Numbered from the stretch's first letter, positions 37,633-46,766 are shown. The stretch is 64,000 nucleotides of DNA from Candidatus Binatia bacterium (GCA_035635995.1 DASPZZ010000190.1:47-64046); one strand, 5' to 3'. Notes: a model not told the origin generated them from the letters alone. Made by a program: numbers and translations.

Positions 37633-37642
37633 TGCTAGGTCC

Positions 37643-39988
37643 TCATGTCGGCCGCTCCGGCCGCGCCTCGGAGCGCCCGAGGAGCGACTCCGGACGAATC
37701 GGAAGCGTGGTGATCCGCACGCCGAGATGGCGCACGGCGTCGGCGACCGCGTTGGCGATCGTCGCCGGCGCGCCGATCGTCCCCCCCTCGCCCATCCCTT
37801 TCACGCCCCCGGGCGTGAGGGGTGACGGCGTCTCGAGATGACTGATCTCGATCGAGGGCAGGTCGTCCGCCTTGGGAAGCGCATAGTCCATGAGCGTCGC
37901 GGTGAGGAGCTGGCCGTCACCATCGTACACGACGGACTCGAGGAGCGCCTCGCCGATGCCCTGCGCGACGGCGCCGTGGATCTGGCCTTCCACGATCATG
38001 GGGTTGATCACGGGTCCGCAGTCCTCGACGAGCGCGTAGCGCTTCACGGCCACGCGCCCCGTGATCGGATCGACCTCGACGACCGCGACGTGCACCGCGC
38101 CCGAGAAGGTCGGCCCGGGAGGGTCGAAATAAACCGTGGCCTCGAGGCCGGGCGTGAGGCCGGCCGGCAGGCCGTCGAGCGGCGGCGAATACGCCATCCG
38201 CGCGATCTCGGCCAGGGCGACCGCGCGATCGGGAAGGCCGCGCACGAAGGCGCGCCCCCCGTCGAGCACCACGTCGGCGGCACTGGCCTCCAGCCGATGC
38301 GCGGCGAGCGCTCGCAGCTTGTGCCCGACCGCGTCGGCGGCGGCGCCCGCGCTCCCGAGCATCGCGACCGTGCCTCGGCTTGCAAAGGTGCCGCTGCCGC
38401 GCGGCGAGCCGGCCGAGTCGACGGGCTGCAGGCGGACCGCCTCGAGCGCCAGGCCCAGCCGATCGGCCACGATCTGGGCGATGGTGGTCGCGTGGCCCTG
38501 GCCCTGGGTGGGAAAGCTCACGACGCACCTGACGGTGGCATCCGGATCCACCGTGACCGTCGCCGCCTCGATGCCGGGCATGTCGGAGGCGCCACGCCGC
38601 CGGAAGCCCGTCGATCCCATCCCCGTGTATTCGGTGTAGCACGCGATGCCGATACCGACGAGGCGTCCGGCCGCGCGCGCCACCTGCTGCTCGCGTCGCA
38701 GCTCGTCGTAGTCGACCGCCGCCAGGACCTGCTCGAGCGCCTTCGGAAAATCGCCGCTGTCGTACGTGAAGCCGGTCGCCGAAATGAACGGATACGCCTC
38801 ACGCGGGATCAGGTTGCGCCGCCGCACCTCGGCCGGGTCGAGTCCGGCGCGCTCCGCGACGAGGTCGAGCAGGCGCTCCATCACGAACGCGCCCATCGTC
38901 ATGCCGACGCCGCGATAGGCGCCGAGCGGTGGCTTGTGGGTCGCCAGCGCCAGCGCTTCGTACTCGTACACCGGCGTCCGGTAGGGGCCCGGCAAGATGC
39001 TCGCCGTTCCCAGGGGCTCGAGGGCGCCGGTGACCGGGTACGCGTGATACGCGCCCGCGTCGGAAACGACCCGCGCCCGGAGGGCGAGCAGCGTGCCGTC
39101 GGCCGCGGCGGCAACCGCGACTGTCGTCCGCTGCTCCCGCGCCTGTGACCCCGCGGCGAGATTTTCCCGGCGCTCCTCGATCCATTTCACCGGACGGCCG
39201 AGCTGCCGCGCGAGCGCGGCCACCGCGACGTCTTCGGGGAAGACCTGCATCTTGAGCCCGAAGCCGCCGCCGACGTCGGGCGTCACGATCCGGACGCGCA
39301 TTTCCGGGAGCCCGAGGGCCGTCGCCAGCGCCGTGCGCAAGATCGACGGACACTGGCTGGGGGACCAGACCGTGAGGACCTCGCCGTCCCAGTCGGCGAT
39401 CATACCCCGCGGCTCGAGCGGCGAGGGCGCACAACGGCCGTGCCCGAACGTCTCGCCGACGACGATCGCCGCGCGCGCGAACGCGCCGTCGACGTCGCCC
39501 TGTCGGTGGCGACGTTGGAACAGGACCCGGTTCGCCGCGAGCGCCTGGTCCAGGGTCGCGACGGCCGGCCGCGGCTCCCAATCGACCGCGATCAGCGCGC
39601 GCGCGTCGGCCGCGGCGTACGGGCTCGCGGCCACCACGGCCGCCACCGCTTCCCCGCAGAAGCGCGCGACGCCGTCGGCCAGCGCCGGCCACGCCGTCGG
39701 CGTGAATCCCTCGCCCTCGAGCCGCGGGGCGAGCGGCTTCGTCACCGCGCGCAGCTCATCGGCGGTGACGACGGCGAAGACCCCGGGCAGGGCACGGGCC
39801 GCCGCGGCGTCGACCCGCCCGATCCGCGCGTGCGCGTGCGGGCTCCGGACGAAGCTCACGGAGAGCGTCTTGGCCAGCGTCAGGTCGTCGAGATATCGTC
39901 CGCGCCCGGCAAGGAGCCGCGGGTCCTCGAGCCGCTTGACGCGCATGCCGGTATAGCGCGGCGTCACCGGCGCCTCCGCCGCGCTCAT
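37643..39988 (-). CDS. Xanthine dehydrogenase family molybdopterin-binding large subunit (CoxL form II-like)
   Basis: KRLEDPRLL, VGGGFGLK, AYRGVG, QGQGH, GQIHGAVAQGIG, KGMGEGG. Confidence 0.93.
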   Translation of the reverse strand: MSAAEAPVTPRYTGMRVKRLEDPRLLAGRGRYLDDLTLAKTLSVSFVRSPHAHARIGRVDAAAARALPGVFAVVTADELRAVTKPLAPRLEGEGFTPTAWPALADGVARFCGEAVAAVVAASPYAAADARALIAVDWEPRPAVATLDQALAANRVLFQRRHRQGDVDGAFARAAIVVGETFGHGRCAPSPLEPRGMIADWDGEVLTVWSPSQCPSILRTALATALGLPEMRVRIVTPDVGGGFGLKMQVFPEDVAVAALARQLGRPVKWIEERRENLAAGSQAREQRTTVAVAAAADGTLLALRARVVSDAGAYHAYPVTGALEPLGTASILPGPYRTPVYEYEALALATHKPPLGAYRGVGMTMGAFVMERLLDLVAERAGLDPAEVRRRNLIPREAYPFISATGFTYDSGDFPKALEQVLAAVDYDELRREQQVARAAGRLVGIGIACYTEYTGMGSTGFRRRGASDMPGIEAATVTVDPDATVRCVVSFPTQGQGHATTIAQIVADRLGLALEAVRLQPVDSAGSPRGSGTFASRGTVAMLGSAGAAADAVGHKLRALAAHRLEASAADVVLDGGRAFVRGLPDRAVALAEIARMAYSPPLDGLPAGLTPGLEATVYFDPPGPTFSGAVHVAVVEVDPITGRVAVKRYALVEDCGPVINPMIVEGQIHGAVAQGIGEALLESVVYDGDGQLLTATLMDYALPKADDLPSIEISHLETPSPLTPGGVKGMGEGGTIGAPATIANAVADAVRHLGVRITTLPIRPESLLGRSEARPERPT

Positions 39989-41211
39989 TCGCCGAGGCAA
40001 TGGAACACGAGCCCGTCCAGCAGCTTGGGGTAGAAGTGGGTGGACTTCTGGGGAAGGAGCTCGCCGCCGCGAACGACCGCCTGGAGCTCCTCGGGCGTCG
40101 TCGGCCCGATGAGGAACGCCGCCTGACACTTGCCGGCCCGGGCGAGCTCGACGGCCTCGGCCCGGTCGGCGGTGTAGTCCACGTGCGTCTTCGCGTCGAG
40201 CTTGGCGTCGGTGATCCCGAGCAGCGGTCGGAGCAGTCCCTCGTGGAGGATCGACACGGCGAGCCCCCGCCAGGCCGGCGACGTCTTCTCCGGCCATGCG
40301 ATGTGCTCGAGCTCGCCGGGCTTGAGTCTCAAGAGGGCGGCGTCGGGTCCGCTGACGACGCCGATCGTCCGGTTCTCGAGCCGGACGGCCAGCGGGTCGG
40401 CGAGCGGGGCCACGTCGAACCAGCGGGCCGCCGCCTGCATCAAGTCGTCGAAGTCGAAGCCCGGCACGCTGTGAACGAGGCGATGGTTCGGCAGGATCGT
40501 CAGTCCCGGGGCCTCGAGCGCGAAGAACGCCATCAGCTTGTGGGCGGCGTCGGGGCGGCGCCCCGCGTACGCCACCGCGGTCTCGTACCGATGGTGGCCG
40601 TCGGCGATGATCACCGGGCGCGGTGCCATCAGCGCCTGGACGCGCGCGATCGTCGTCTCTTCGGTGACGCGCCAGAGGCGGTGACGCTCTCCCTTCAGGT
40701 CGCTCGCCTCGGCGATCGGGTCGCCGACGGGGGTCGTGGCGCGCCGAAGCTCGCCGCCCGGATCGGCGGCCAGCATGAAGAGCAGCCCGACGTCGGCGGC
40801 CGTCGCCTCGAGCAGGTCCATCCGGTCCCGCTTCGGTCCGGCGTGCGTCCGCTCGTGCGGCACCACCACGCCTCGCCCGTAGTCGCTCACCTCGCCGAGG
40901 GCGATGAAGCCCATCCGCGTCACCGGCTGGCCGCCGACGGTGTAGGTCTGATGGTAGGGGTAGATCGCGGGTTGCGCGTCGCGACGCCACACGCCGCCGG
41001 CGAGCCAAGCGTCGAGCACGCCCCGCGCGCCCCGGTACTTGTCGGCCGCCTCCTTCGGAGACGTCACCCGGACGATGTTGTGTGGGCTCATCGTGTAGAG
41101 GCGGTCCTGGGTCTCGGCGCTGATCTGGTCGTACGGCGGCGCGACGACCGACGAGATGTCGCGCGCCGTGTGGCCGGCATATCGGTAGCCTCGAAGGGCC
41201 CTGATCTCCAT
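39985..41211 (-). CDS. DUF1015 family protein
   Basis: APPYDQI, PHERT, IADGHHRYET, PQKSTHFYPKLLDGL. Confidence 0.92.
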   Translation of the reverse strand: MEIRALRGYRYAGHTARDISSVVAPPYDQISAETQDRLYTMSPHNIVRVTSPKEAADKYRGARGVLDAWLAGGVWRRDAQPAIYPYHQTYTVGGQPVTRMGFIALGEVSDYGRGVVVPHERTHAGPKRDRMDLLEATAADVGLLFMLAADPGGELRRATTPVGDPIAEASDLKGERHRLWRVTEETTIARVQALMAPRPVIIADGHHRYETAVAYAGRRPDAAHKLMAFFALEAPGLTILPNHRLVHSVPGFDFDDLMQAAARWFDVAPLADPLAVRLENRTIGVVSGPDAALLRLKPGELEHIAWPEKTSPAWRGLAVSILHEGLLRPLLGITDAKLDAKTHVDYTADRAEAVELARAGKCQAAFLIGPTTPEELQAVVRGGELLPQKSTHFYPKLLDGLVFHCLGE

Positions 41212-41326
41212 AGGCTGTCGTCGCGCGAGGCACTGTCAGACCAAACCCGTGCGAAGTCAAGCGTGCTAGACTTTCCGCGTGACGAGGTAAACTGCCCACC
41301 AGTCACGAACCCACAGGAGGTCGCCG

Positions 41327-41419
41327 ATGGGCGAGACCGCGGTTGCCACGACGACGGGCGTCGCTCAGGTGTTCGACCTCCACGCGCTGAAGGCCGGCGC
41401 CGACGGGACCGGGGCGTAG
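41327..41419 (+). pseudogene. 30-aa ORF with strong RBS; probable collapsed gene remnant or leader peptide
   Basis: CAGGAGG at 41314-41320; MGETAVATTTGVAQVFDLHALKAGADGTGA*; first ORF of the operon. Confidence 0.45.
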
Positions 41420-41440
41420 CCCCACTTCGGGAGGCGATGG

Positions 41441-41785
41441 GTGGGCAACGTGGAGCGCTGCGACAAGACGCTGGCGGTCAACGAGATGATGTTTCACGTC
41501 CGCCGTGACGCCGCGCTGCGCGCGCGATTCGTCAGCGACCTCGAGGGGCTCGCGCGAGAGTTCGGCTTGAGCCGTGCCGAGTACGAGGCGGTTCGCGACA
41601 AGGACCCCCGCCGGATGATGGACCTCGGCGTGCATCAGTACTATGTGCCGCAGATCCTCCGGCTGTTCTTCGGCGCCGCGCACAATAGCAACGCCAGCGC
41701 CGCCCTCGAGTGTTACCAGCGCGCATACCCGGAAGAGACGGCGAAGGCGATGGCCCTGCAGGCTCGGCTCGAGCGAGCGCGATAA
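41441..41785 (+). CDS. LigA-like small subunit of extradiol dioxygenase
   Basis: RARFVSD...EFGLSRAEYEAV...LGVHQY pattern; GGGAGG RBS; TAATG overlap with next gene. Confidence 0.75.
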   Translation: MGNVERCDKTLAVNEMMFHVRRDAALRARFVSDLEGLAREFGLSRAEYEAVRDKDPRRMMDLGVHQYYVPQILRLFFGAAHNSNASAALECYQRAYPEETAKAMALQARLERAR

Positions 41786-42627
41786 TGGCCCGGCTCGTCG
41801 GCGCGATGGCCATGACGCATTCGCCCGGCCTCACCGGATGGTTCACGCGGGCCTCCCAGGAATACCAGCAGCTCGCGCTCCAGGCGACCGCCGAGATGCG
41901 GCGCCGGTTGGAGGCGGCGCGCCCGGACGTCGTCGTGATGTTCAGCAACGACCACTTGCTCAACTGGCCGATCAACAACATGCCGGAGTACACCGTCGGC
42001 ATCGGCGAGGAGCACGTCGGGCCCGCCGAGTGGTTCGACGAGTGGCTCGCCATGGAGAAGTACCGTGTACCCGGCCACGCGCCGATCGCGCGGTGGATCG
42101 TCAACGAGGGCGCGCGCCACGGGCTGTCGCTCGCCTACCTCCGCGAGATGCAGTTCGACGACGGCATCTCCGTGCCGACCCACTACCTGAACCCCGACGC
42201 CCAGTTCCGGATGGTCCCCGTGACGATGAACTGCACCGTGCCGCCGATTCCGACGCCCGAGCGCGCGTATCACGTCGGGACGCTCATGCGCGACATGCTC
42301 GCCGCCTACCCCGGTGGCGAGCGGGTCGCGGTGGTTGCGACCGGGGGGCTCTCGCACGAGCCGGGCGGGCCCCGATACTTCTGGGTGGACGAGGAGTTCG
42401 ATCGATGGTTCCTCGATCTGTTGAAGAAGGGCGACCACGCGGCGCTGCTGCGCGAGTGCACGCTCGAGCGGATGGAAGCGGCCGGCTCCGGAGGGACCGC
42501 CGAGCTGCTCGCCTGGGTGCTCGTCCTCGCCTTCACCCGCGGTCCGGCGGACGTGCTCGCTTACATGCCCGCCGTGGCGTGGCGGTCGGGCACGGGCATG
42601 GTGGTCTGGAACGAGCTGGCCCGATGA
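41785..42627 (+). CDS. LigB-family (class III) extradiol ring-cleavage dioxygenase
   Basis: MTHSP, NDH, TGGLSHEPG, GTAE metal and catalytic residues. Confidence 0.9.
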   Translation: MARLVGAMAMTHSPGLTGWFTRASQEYQQLALQATAEMRRRLEAARPDVVVMFSNDHLLNWPINNMPEYTVGIGEEHVGPAEWFDEWLAMEKYRVPGHAPIARWIVNEGARHGLSLAYLREMQFDDGISVPTHYLNPDAQFRMVPVTMNCTVPPIPTPERAYHVGTLMRDMLAAYPGGERVAVVATGGLSHEPGGPRYFWVDEEFDRWFLDLLKKGDHAALLRECTLERMEAAGSGGTAELLAWVLVLAFTRGPADVLAYMPAVAWRSGTGMVVWNELAR

Positions 42628-42646
42628 CCGGAGGACCCTGACCCCG

Positions 42647-43585
42647 ATGGCGACCACGCACCACCTCGACCGGGAGACGGTCCACCGGGAGTGGAACAAC
42701 GCGCTGCCACCGCGGCTCACGATCGATCCGGGCGACACCGTGGTGTTCGACACGCGCGACGCCGCCGACGGATACTACTCGCCGACTTCCACCCACTCCG
42801 ATGTGCTCGCGCGTGGTCCGTTCCGCGGCCACCCGCTGACGGGTCCCGTGGCGGTCAAGGGGGCCCGGCCCGGCGACATCCTGACGGTGGAGATCCTCGA
42901 GGTGAAGCCCGCCGCCGCCTTCGGCTGGACAGCGATCCGTCCGGGCCGGGGCCTCCTGCCGGAGGCCGAGTTCCCGAAGCCGTTCCTGACGATCTGGGAC
43001 CTGAGCGACGGCACTCACGCGCGGATGGGCCGCGACGTCAGAGTCCCCATCGCCTCCTTTCCGGGCGTGATGGGCGTGGCCCTCGACGAGCCCGGCGGGC
43101 ACAGCACGATGCCGCCTCGGAAGAACGGCGGCAACATGGACATCAAGCAGCTGGTCGCGGGGACGACGCTCCTCCTGCCCGTCTGGGTGGACGGCGCCCT
43201 CTTCAGCGTCGGCGACGCTCACGCCGCACAGGGCGACGGCGAGGTGTGCGTCACGGCCGTCGAGATGATGGCGCGGGTCACGCTCCGATTCGGTCTCGAG
43301 CCCGGACGCGGGATCCGGGAGCCGCGCTTTCGGACACGCGGGCCGCTCGCGTCCGCCTTCGAGCGCGGGCCGTGCTTCGCGACGACCGCTCACGGCCCCG
43401 ACCTCTTCGCCAGCGCCCAGCAGGCCATCCGCTACATGATCGAGCACCTGGTGGACGAGCGCGGCCTCGGCCGCGAAGAGGCCTACATCCTCTGCAGCGT
43501 GGCCGTCGATCTCAAGATCAGCGAGATCGTCGACGCGCCCAACTGGATCGTCTCGGCGTTCCTTCCCGAGGCCGTCTTCGCGTGA
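42647..43585 (+). CDS. Acetamidase/formamidase family protein
   Basis: HPLTGPV, GGNMD, VGDAHAAQGDGEVCVTAVE, ISEIVDAPN. Confidence 0.93.
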   Translation: MATTHHLDRETVHREWNNALPPRLTIDPGDTVVFDTRDAADGYYSPTSTHSDVLARGPFRGHPLTGPVAVKGARPGDILTVEILEVKPAAAFGWTAIRPGRGLLPEAEFPKPFLTIWDLSDGTHARMGRDVRVPIASFPGVMGVALDEPGGHSTMPPRKNGGNMDIKQLVAGTTLLLPVWVDGALFSVGDAHAAQGDGEVCVTAVEMMARVTLRFGLEPGRGIREPRFRTRGPLASAFERGPCFATTAHGPDLFASAQQAIRYMIEHLVDERGLGREEAYILCSVAVDLKISEIVDAPNWIVSAFLPEAVFA

Positions 43586-43665
43586 GGCTCGACCGCTTCG
43601 AGCGGCGCGACGGCCGCCGGCTTGCCCGACACACGCACTTCTCGCTCTCGCCGGCACCCGCCTGA
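43582..43665 (+). pseudogene. 27-aa remnant resembling the C-terminus of a SnoaL/NTF2-like protein
   Basis: GTGA-coupled to the amidase; VRLDRFERRDGRRLARHTHFSLSPAPA*. Confidence 0.45.
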
Positions 43666-43697
43666 CTGGCGCGGGCCGGCCGCCCACAGGAGGGGCC

Positions 43698-44534
43698 ATG
43701 CACTACGGTGTCTTCATCTTCCCGACGGATTACTCGATCCGGATCGACGAGCTGGCGCGGGCCGCGGAGGAGCGGGGGTTCGAGTCTCTGTTCGTGACCG
43801 AGCACACCCACATTCCGACGAGCCGGCGATCGCCGTTCGCCGGCGGCGGGCCGCTGCCCAAGGAGTACGCCCACACGCTCGACCCGTTCGTCGGGCTCGC
43901 CGCCGCGGCGGCGGCAACGCGAACGCTCAAGGTCGGCACCGGCATCTGCCTCGTCATCGAGCACGACCCGATCACGCTGGCCAAGACGATCGCGAGCCTC
44001 GATCTCCTCTCCAACGGACGGTTCCTGTTCGGTATCGGGGCCGGCTGGAACGCCGAGGAGATGGAGAACCACGGCACCGCCTTCAAGACACGCTTTCGGC
44101 TTCTTCGCGAGCGGATCCTCGCGATGAAGGAGATCTGGACGAAGGAGGCGGCCGAGTACCACGGCGAGTTCGTCAACTTCGACCCGATCTGGTCGTATCC
44201 GAAACCGGCGCAAAAGCCGCACCCGCCGGTCCTGTTGGGCGGCGAGAGCGGTCACACGCTCCAGCGCGTCGTGGATTTCTGCGATGGCTGGTTTCCACGC
44301 GGGCGCAACGCCGAGGCGATCCTGCCCGGGCTCGTCGACCTGAGAGCGCGTGCCGCACGGGCCGGCCGAGACCCCGCGACCATCTCGGTGTCGGTGTTCG
44401 CGGCGAAGGCTGAGCGCGCCACGCTCGACGCCTATGCCGCCGCCGGAGTCACGCGCGCGATTTTGAGGCTGCCGTCGGAGGGTCGCGACCCGGTGCTGTC
44501 GCTCCTGGATCAGCACGCCAAGCTGATTCGGTGA
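43698..44534 (+). CDS. LLM class (probably F420-dependent) oxidoreductase
   Basis: AEERGFESLFVTEHTHIP, LDPFV, SNGRFLFGIGAGWNAEE, PKPAQKPHPP. Confidence 0.92.
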   Translation: MHYGVFIFPTDYSIRIDELARAAEERGFESLFVTEHTHIPTSRRSPFAGGGPLPKEYAHTLDPFVGLAAAAAATRTLKVGTGICLVIEHDPITLAKTIASLDLLSNGRFLFGIGAGWNAEEMENHGTAFKTRFRLLRERILAMKEIWTKEAAEYHGEFVNFDPIWSYPKPAQKPHPPVLLGGESGHTLQRVVDFCDGWFPRGRNAEAILPGLVDLRARAARAGRDPATISVSVFAAKAERATLDAYAAAGVTRAILRLPSEGRDPVLSLLDQHAKLIR

Positions 44535-44965
44535 GCGACCTCCCCGCCTTCGCCGCCGAGCTCCTGCGAGAGAGCCGGGTCGCCCGGCTCGGCACGGCGG
44601 ACCGGGCGGGTCAGCCGCTCGTCGTGCCGGTGTGCTACGTCTTCGACGGCCGGGCGTGCTTCTCCGCAATCGACGCGAAGCCCAAGCGGGTCGCGGCCGG
44701 GGCGCTCCGGCGCGTGCGCAACATCGCGGAGAACCCGCGCGTGTCCCTGGCCGTCGATCGCTACGACGAAGAGTGGTCGCGGCTCTGCTGGGTGATCGTG
44801 CAGGGGCGGGCCGACATTCTCACGGACGGGCCTGAGCGGGCGGTCGCCGTCGATCTCCTGCGGGCCAAGTACGCGCAGTATCGGGTTCTGGGGCTCGACC
44901 GAGAAACCGCGACGGTGATTCGCATCTCGCCCGAGCGAACGCTGTTCTGGAGCTGGAACGGCTGA
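44531..44965 (+). CDS. PPOX class F420-dependent oxidoreductase (Rv0121-like)
   Basis: VARLGT, IDAKPK, RRVRNIAENPRVSLAVDRYDEEWSRL, KYAQY. Confidence 0.9.
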   Translation: MSDLPAFAAELLRESRVARLGTADRAGQPLVVPVCYVFDGRACFSAIDAKPKRVAAGALRRVRNIAENPRVSLAVDRYDEEWSRLCWVIVQGRADILTDGPERAVAVDLLRAKYAQYRVLGLDRETATVIRISPERTLFWSWNG

Positions 44966-44986
44966 CGACAGACGAGGCGAGAGGAC

Positions 44987-46600
44987 CTAGCGCCTCTCGA
45001 TCTGGAGGCCGGCCTGCGAGACCAGCACGCCTGCCTGCCCGGCCTGGCGCATCGCCTGCGCCAGCCGGTGCTTCTCGATCCACGCCCTGATCTCGAGATC
45101 CCGGTGGATGTCGAAGAACTCCGCGGTCATGGTGATCAGCTGGGTCACCTTGCCGAGGTTGTCCTGGAGCTGGAAGACCTGCGCGTTCCGCTGGAAATCG
45201 TAGAAGTCGTAGACCGTGCACAGCGGGAACTCGCGCTGCAGATACCCTCGCACGACTCCGATCTTCGTCTCGTCGAGCGCCGGGTGGTCGAGGAACTTCC
45301 GCCACTGAGGCGCGAGCTCACCGTTGTCCGGGAGGGTGAGTCCTTGGAGGATACGCCGCTGCTTCTCCGTCAGGTCACCGATCGCGTCGTGGGACTCGTC
45401 GGTGGCCTCGTCGGGGGCCACCTCGTTGGCGGTGACCTCGATGTCCGCGGCGAAGGGCAGGATCTCGAGCGGAGCCGGAGCTGGAGCTGGGGGCGGCGTC
45501 GCCGGCGGGACACTCGCCCGCGGCGCCGCCGGCGCGGACGCTGGCCGCGTGTCGAACGTGCTCGTCAGCCGGTCGAGGAACTTCCTCCAGGTCGGCGCGA
45601 GGTCCCCCTGCGGGGCATCGCTCCGCGTGAGGTCGTTCTTCGACGCGCCGTTCTTCGGGACATCGCTCCTGGCGGGCGCGGGCGGCGCCGGGGGCTTGAC
45701 GACCTCGCGCGGGGCCGTGGGCTTCCCTTCCACCGGGCCTGGCAGCACATCGGGCACCTCGCGCGAGCGGCCACGGGGTGGAGGCTCTGTGGGCGGACGC
45801 AGCCCCTTGAGCACTACCGGCGGCCGCTCCGCTCGCTCACTGGCGTCCCTGCTGAGGGCGCCGTTCGTCGCCGCGGGCTCGACGATCCGGGGAGCCGCCT
45901 TGGGCTCGTGGAGCATCACGATCCTCGGCTCCTCGACCGGGACGAGCGGGACGATCTTCGGCTCTTCGCGCGGCGCGACCTTTGGCTCTTCGCGCAGCTC
46001 CTCCCGCGGCTCCTCGCGTAGCAGCACGAGCTTCGGCTCTTCGCGCGGCACGACTCTCGGCTCCTCGCGCGGAACGACCGCCTCCTCGACGATCGGCTGC
46101 TCGACGCGCGCTGGCCGCGGTGCGACCGTCTCGGAGCCGGGGGACGCCGGTGCCCAGTCGACCCGGTTCAGATAGAAGCCCGTCGTGCCGTTCGCCTCGA
46201 CGTAGCGAAACTCGAAGCAGTCGACTGCGGAGAAGCTGAGCAGCCGCATTTTGCGCACGAACGACTCGAGCAGGCGCTCCGCTACGAACACGATCCGCGG
46301 CGGCCACCCGGGCTCCAGGGTCGCGGGGACGAGTCGCTGCACCGACTCGGGATACTCGAGACACCACGCGTACGCCTCGAGCGCTCGCACGAGCATGGCG
46401 TCATCGGCGGTAAGGCCCAGGATGAAGAGGACCGGCACATGCTCACCGTCGATCGCGGCGAGCTCGACGCTCGTTCGGCCGAGATTGAGATTCGACGCGA
46501 GGATCTGGAGGCCGGGCTCCATGGCGTCGGCGTTGTCTGCGACGAGCGTTGCAAGATGCTGCAGACTTGTCACTTCTCGGCGCTTGAATGTCAGCTTCAT
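44987..46600 (-). CDS. Hypothetical protein: degenerate NucS/PD-(D/E)xK-like N-domain, Pro/Glu-rich repeat linker, globular C-domain
   Basis: 537-aa ORF with GC-genome codon usage; PREEP(R/K) repeats; duplicated G(D/E)LAPxWRKFLD motif. Confidence 0.75.
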   Translation of the reverse strand: MKLTFKRREVTSLQHLATLVADNADAMEPGLQILASNLNLGRTSVELAAIDGEHVPVLFILGLTADDAMLVRALEAYAWCLEYPESVQRLVPATLEPGWPPRIVFVAERLLESFVRKMRLLSFSAVDCFEFRYVEANGTTGFYLNRVDWAPASPGSETVAPRPARVEQPIVEEAVVPREEPRVVPREEPKLVLLREEPREELREEPKVAPREEPKIVPLVPVEEPRIVMLHEPKAAPRIVEPAATNGALSRDASERAERPPVVLKGLRPPTEPPPRGRSREVPDVLPGPVEGKPTAPREVVKPPAPPAPARSDVPKNGASKNDLTRSDAPQGDLAPTWRKFLDRLTSTFDTRPASAPAAPRASVPPATPPPAPAPAPLEILPFAADIEVTANEVAPDEATDESHDAIGDLTEKQRRILQGLTLPDNGELAPQWRKFLDHPALDETKIGVVRGYLQREFPLCTVYDFYDFQRNAQVFQLQDNLGKVTQLITMTAEFFDIHRDLEIRAWIEKHRLAQAMRQAGQAGVLVSQAGLQIERR

Positions 46601-46751
46601 CGAAGCATCCCCGATCCGTCGAGCAACCGCTGTGCCAGGAGAGCGCGAAGATTACAGCCAAGGAAACCGATGGGTTGCGTGTCAAGCGACGATCGAGGAA
46701 AGACAGCGTGACACGGTATATCGCCTACCTGTCATCGGCTCGCATAGGGTC

Positions 46752-46766
46752 GACAAAGAATTTGTC
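46752..46766. promoter_or_regulatory. Inverted repeat, candidate enhancer-binding-protein site
   Basis: GACAAA-GAA-TTTGTC, ~120 bp upstream of the sigma54 motif; second palindrome TGGCCAG-GGA-CTGGCCA at 46784-46800. Confidence 0.5.

Noticed and set aside
37643-39988. Aerobic CO dehydrogenase (coxL form I) feeding C1 metabolism
   Set aside because: The loop is AYRGVG, not AYxCSFR, and there are no coxS, coxM or coxDEFG genes.
37643-41299. 1218-aa ORF suggesting a giant fusion
   Set aside because: The upstream ~440 aa are an off-frame read through the DUF1015 gene; the real start is 39988 (ATGA overlap). The same artefact explains 7731-9617, 11891-14236, 27420-30002, 46251-48059, 52117-54660 and 57317-59194.
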